A stretch of DNA of 64,000 nucleotides. It comes from Raja brachyura. Lineage: Eukaryota. The notes beneath the pieces were generated by a model. That model saw only the letters and a list, made by a program, of their open reading frames with translations. It was not told where the DNA came from and did no database searches. This document shows, one piece after another, positions 63,956 to 64,000 of this stretch; position 1 is the stretch's first letter, and each line of letters opens with the position of its first letter. A program made the position numbers and the translations under genes. The DNA lies in assembly GCA_963514005.1 (NCBI GenBank), contig OY740814.1, forward strand, positions 12,152,001-12,216,000. Reading direction: 5' to 3'.

Positions 63956-64000
63956 AAACAAAAGTGAAGTATTTTCTAAATGATTAAAATGTGGAAATAG

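Noticed and set aside
40600-64000. Exons of the expected neighbour PRTG
   Set aside because: No signal-peptide, Ig or FN3 coding exon and no CpG-island promoter was recognised. The synteny expectation alone is not evidence.

Overview
Vertebrate genomic DNA from a cartilaginous fish, probably a skate or ray. This is inferred from HE1/V-SINEs, CR1(HER1)-type LINEs and abundant Penelope-derived repeats. Bases 7269-38470 (+) hold the last 24 coding exons of the HECT E3 ubiquitin ligase NEDD4. They join in phase into one uninterrupted frame of 2421 nt (806 aa plus stop) covering the end of C2, WW1-WW4 and HECT. A repeat-free 3'UTR of about 2 kb follows, and the 5' exons were not found in the window. 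The introns and the downstream 23 kb are mostly transposon debris. The most notable signal is a family of very short (94-430 bp) Penelope-derived insertions, most with 11-13 bp target-site duplications, built around a minimal hammerhead-ribozyme motif (CTGAAGA-stem-GAAACGTC). Other points: a GC donor and a GAG acceptor in NEDD4, a fossil two-gene Harbinger element with Harbinger-type MITEs, a Helitron 3' end, a strong CTCF site and several perfect hairpins. A 339-N assembly gap lies inside an intron.
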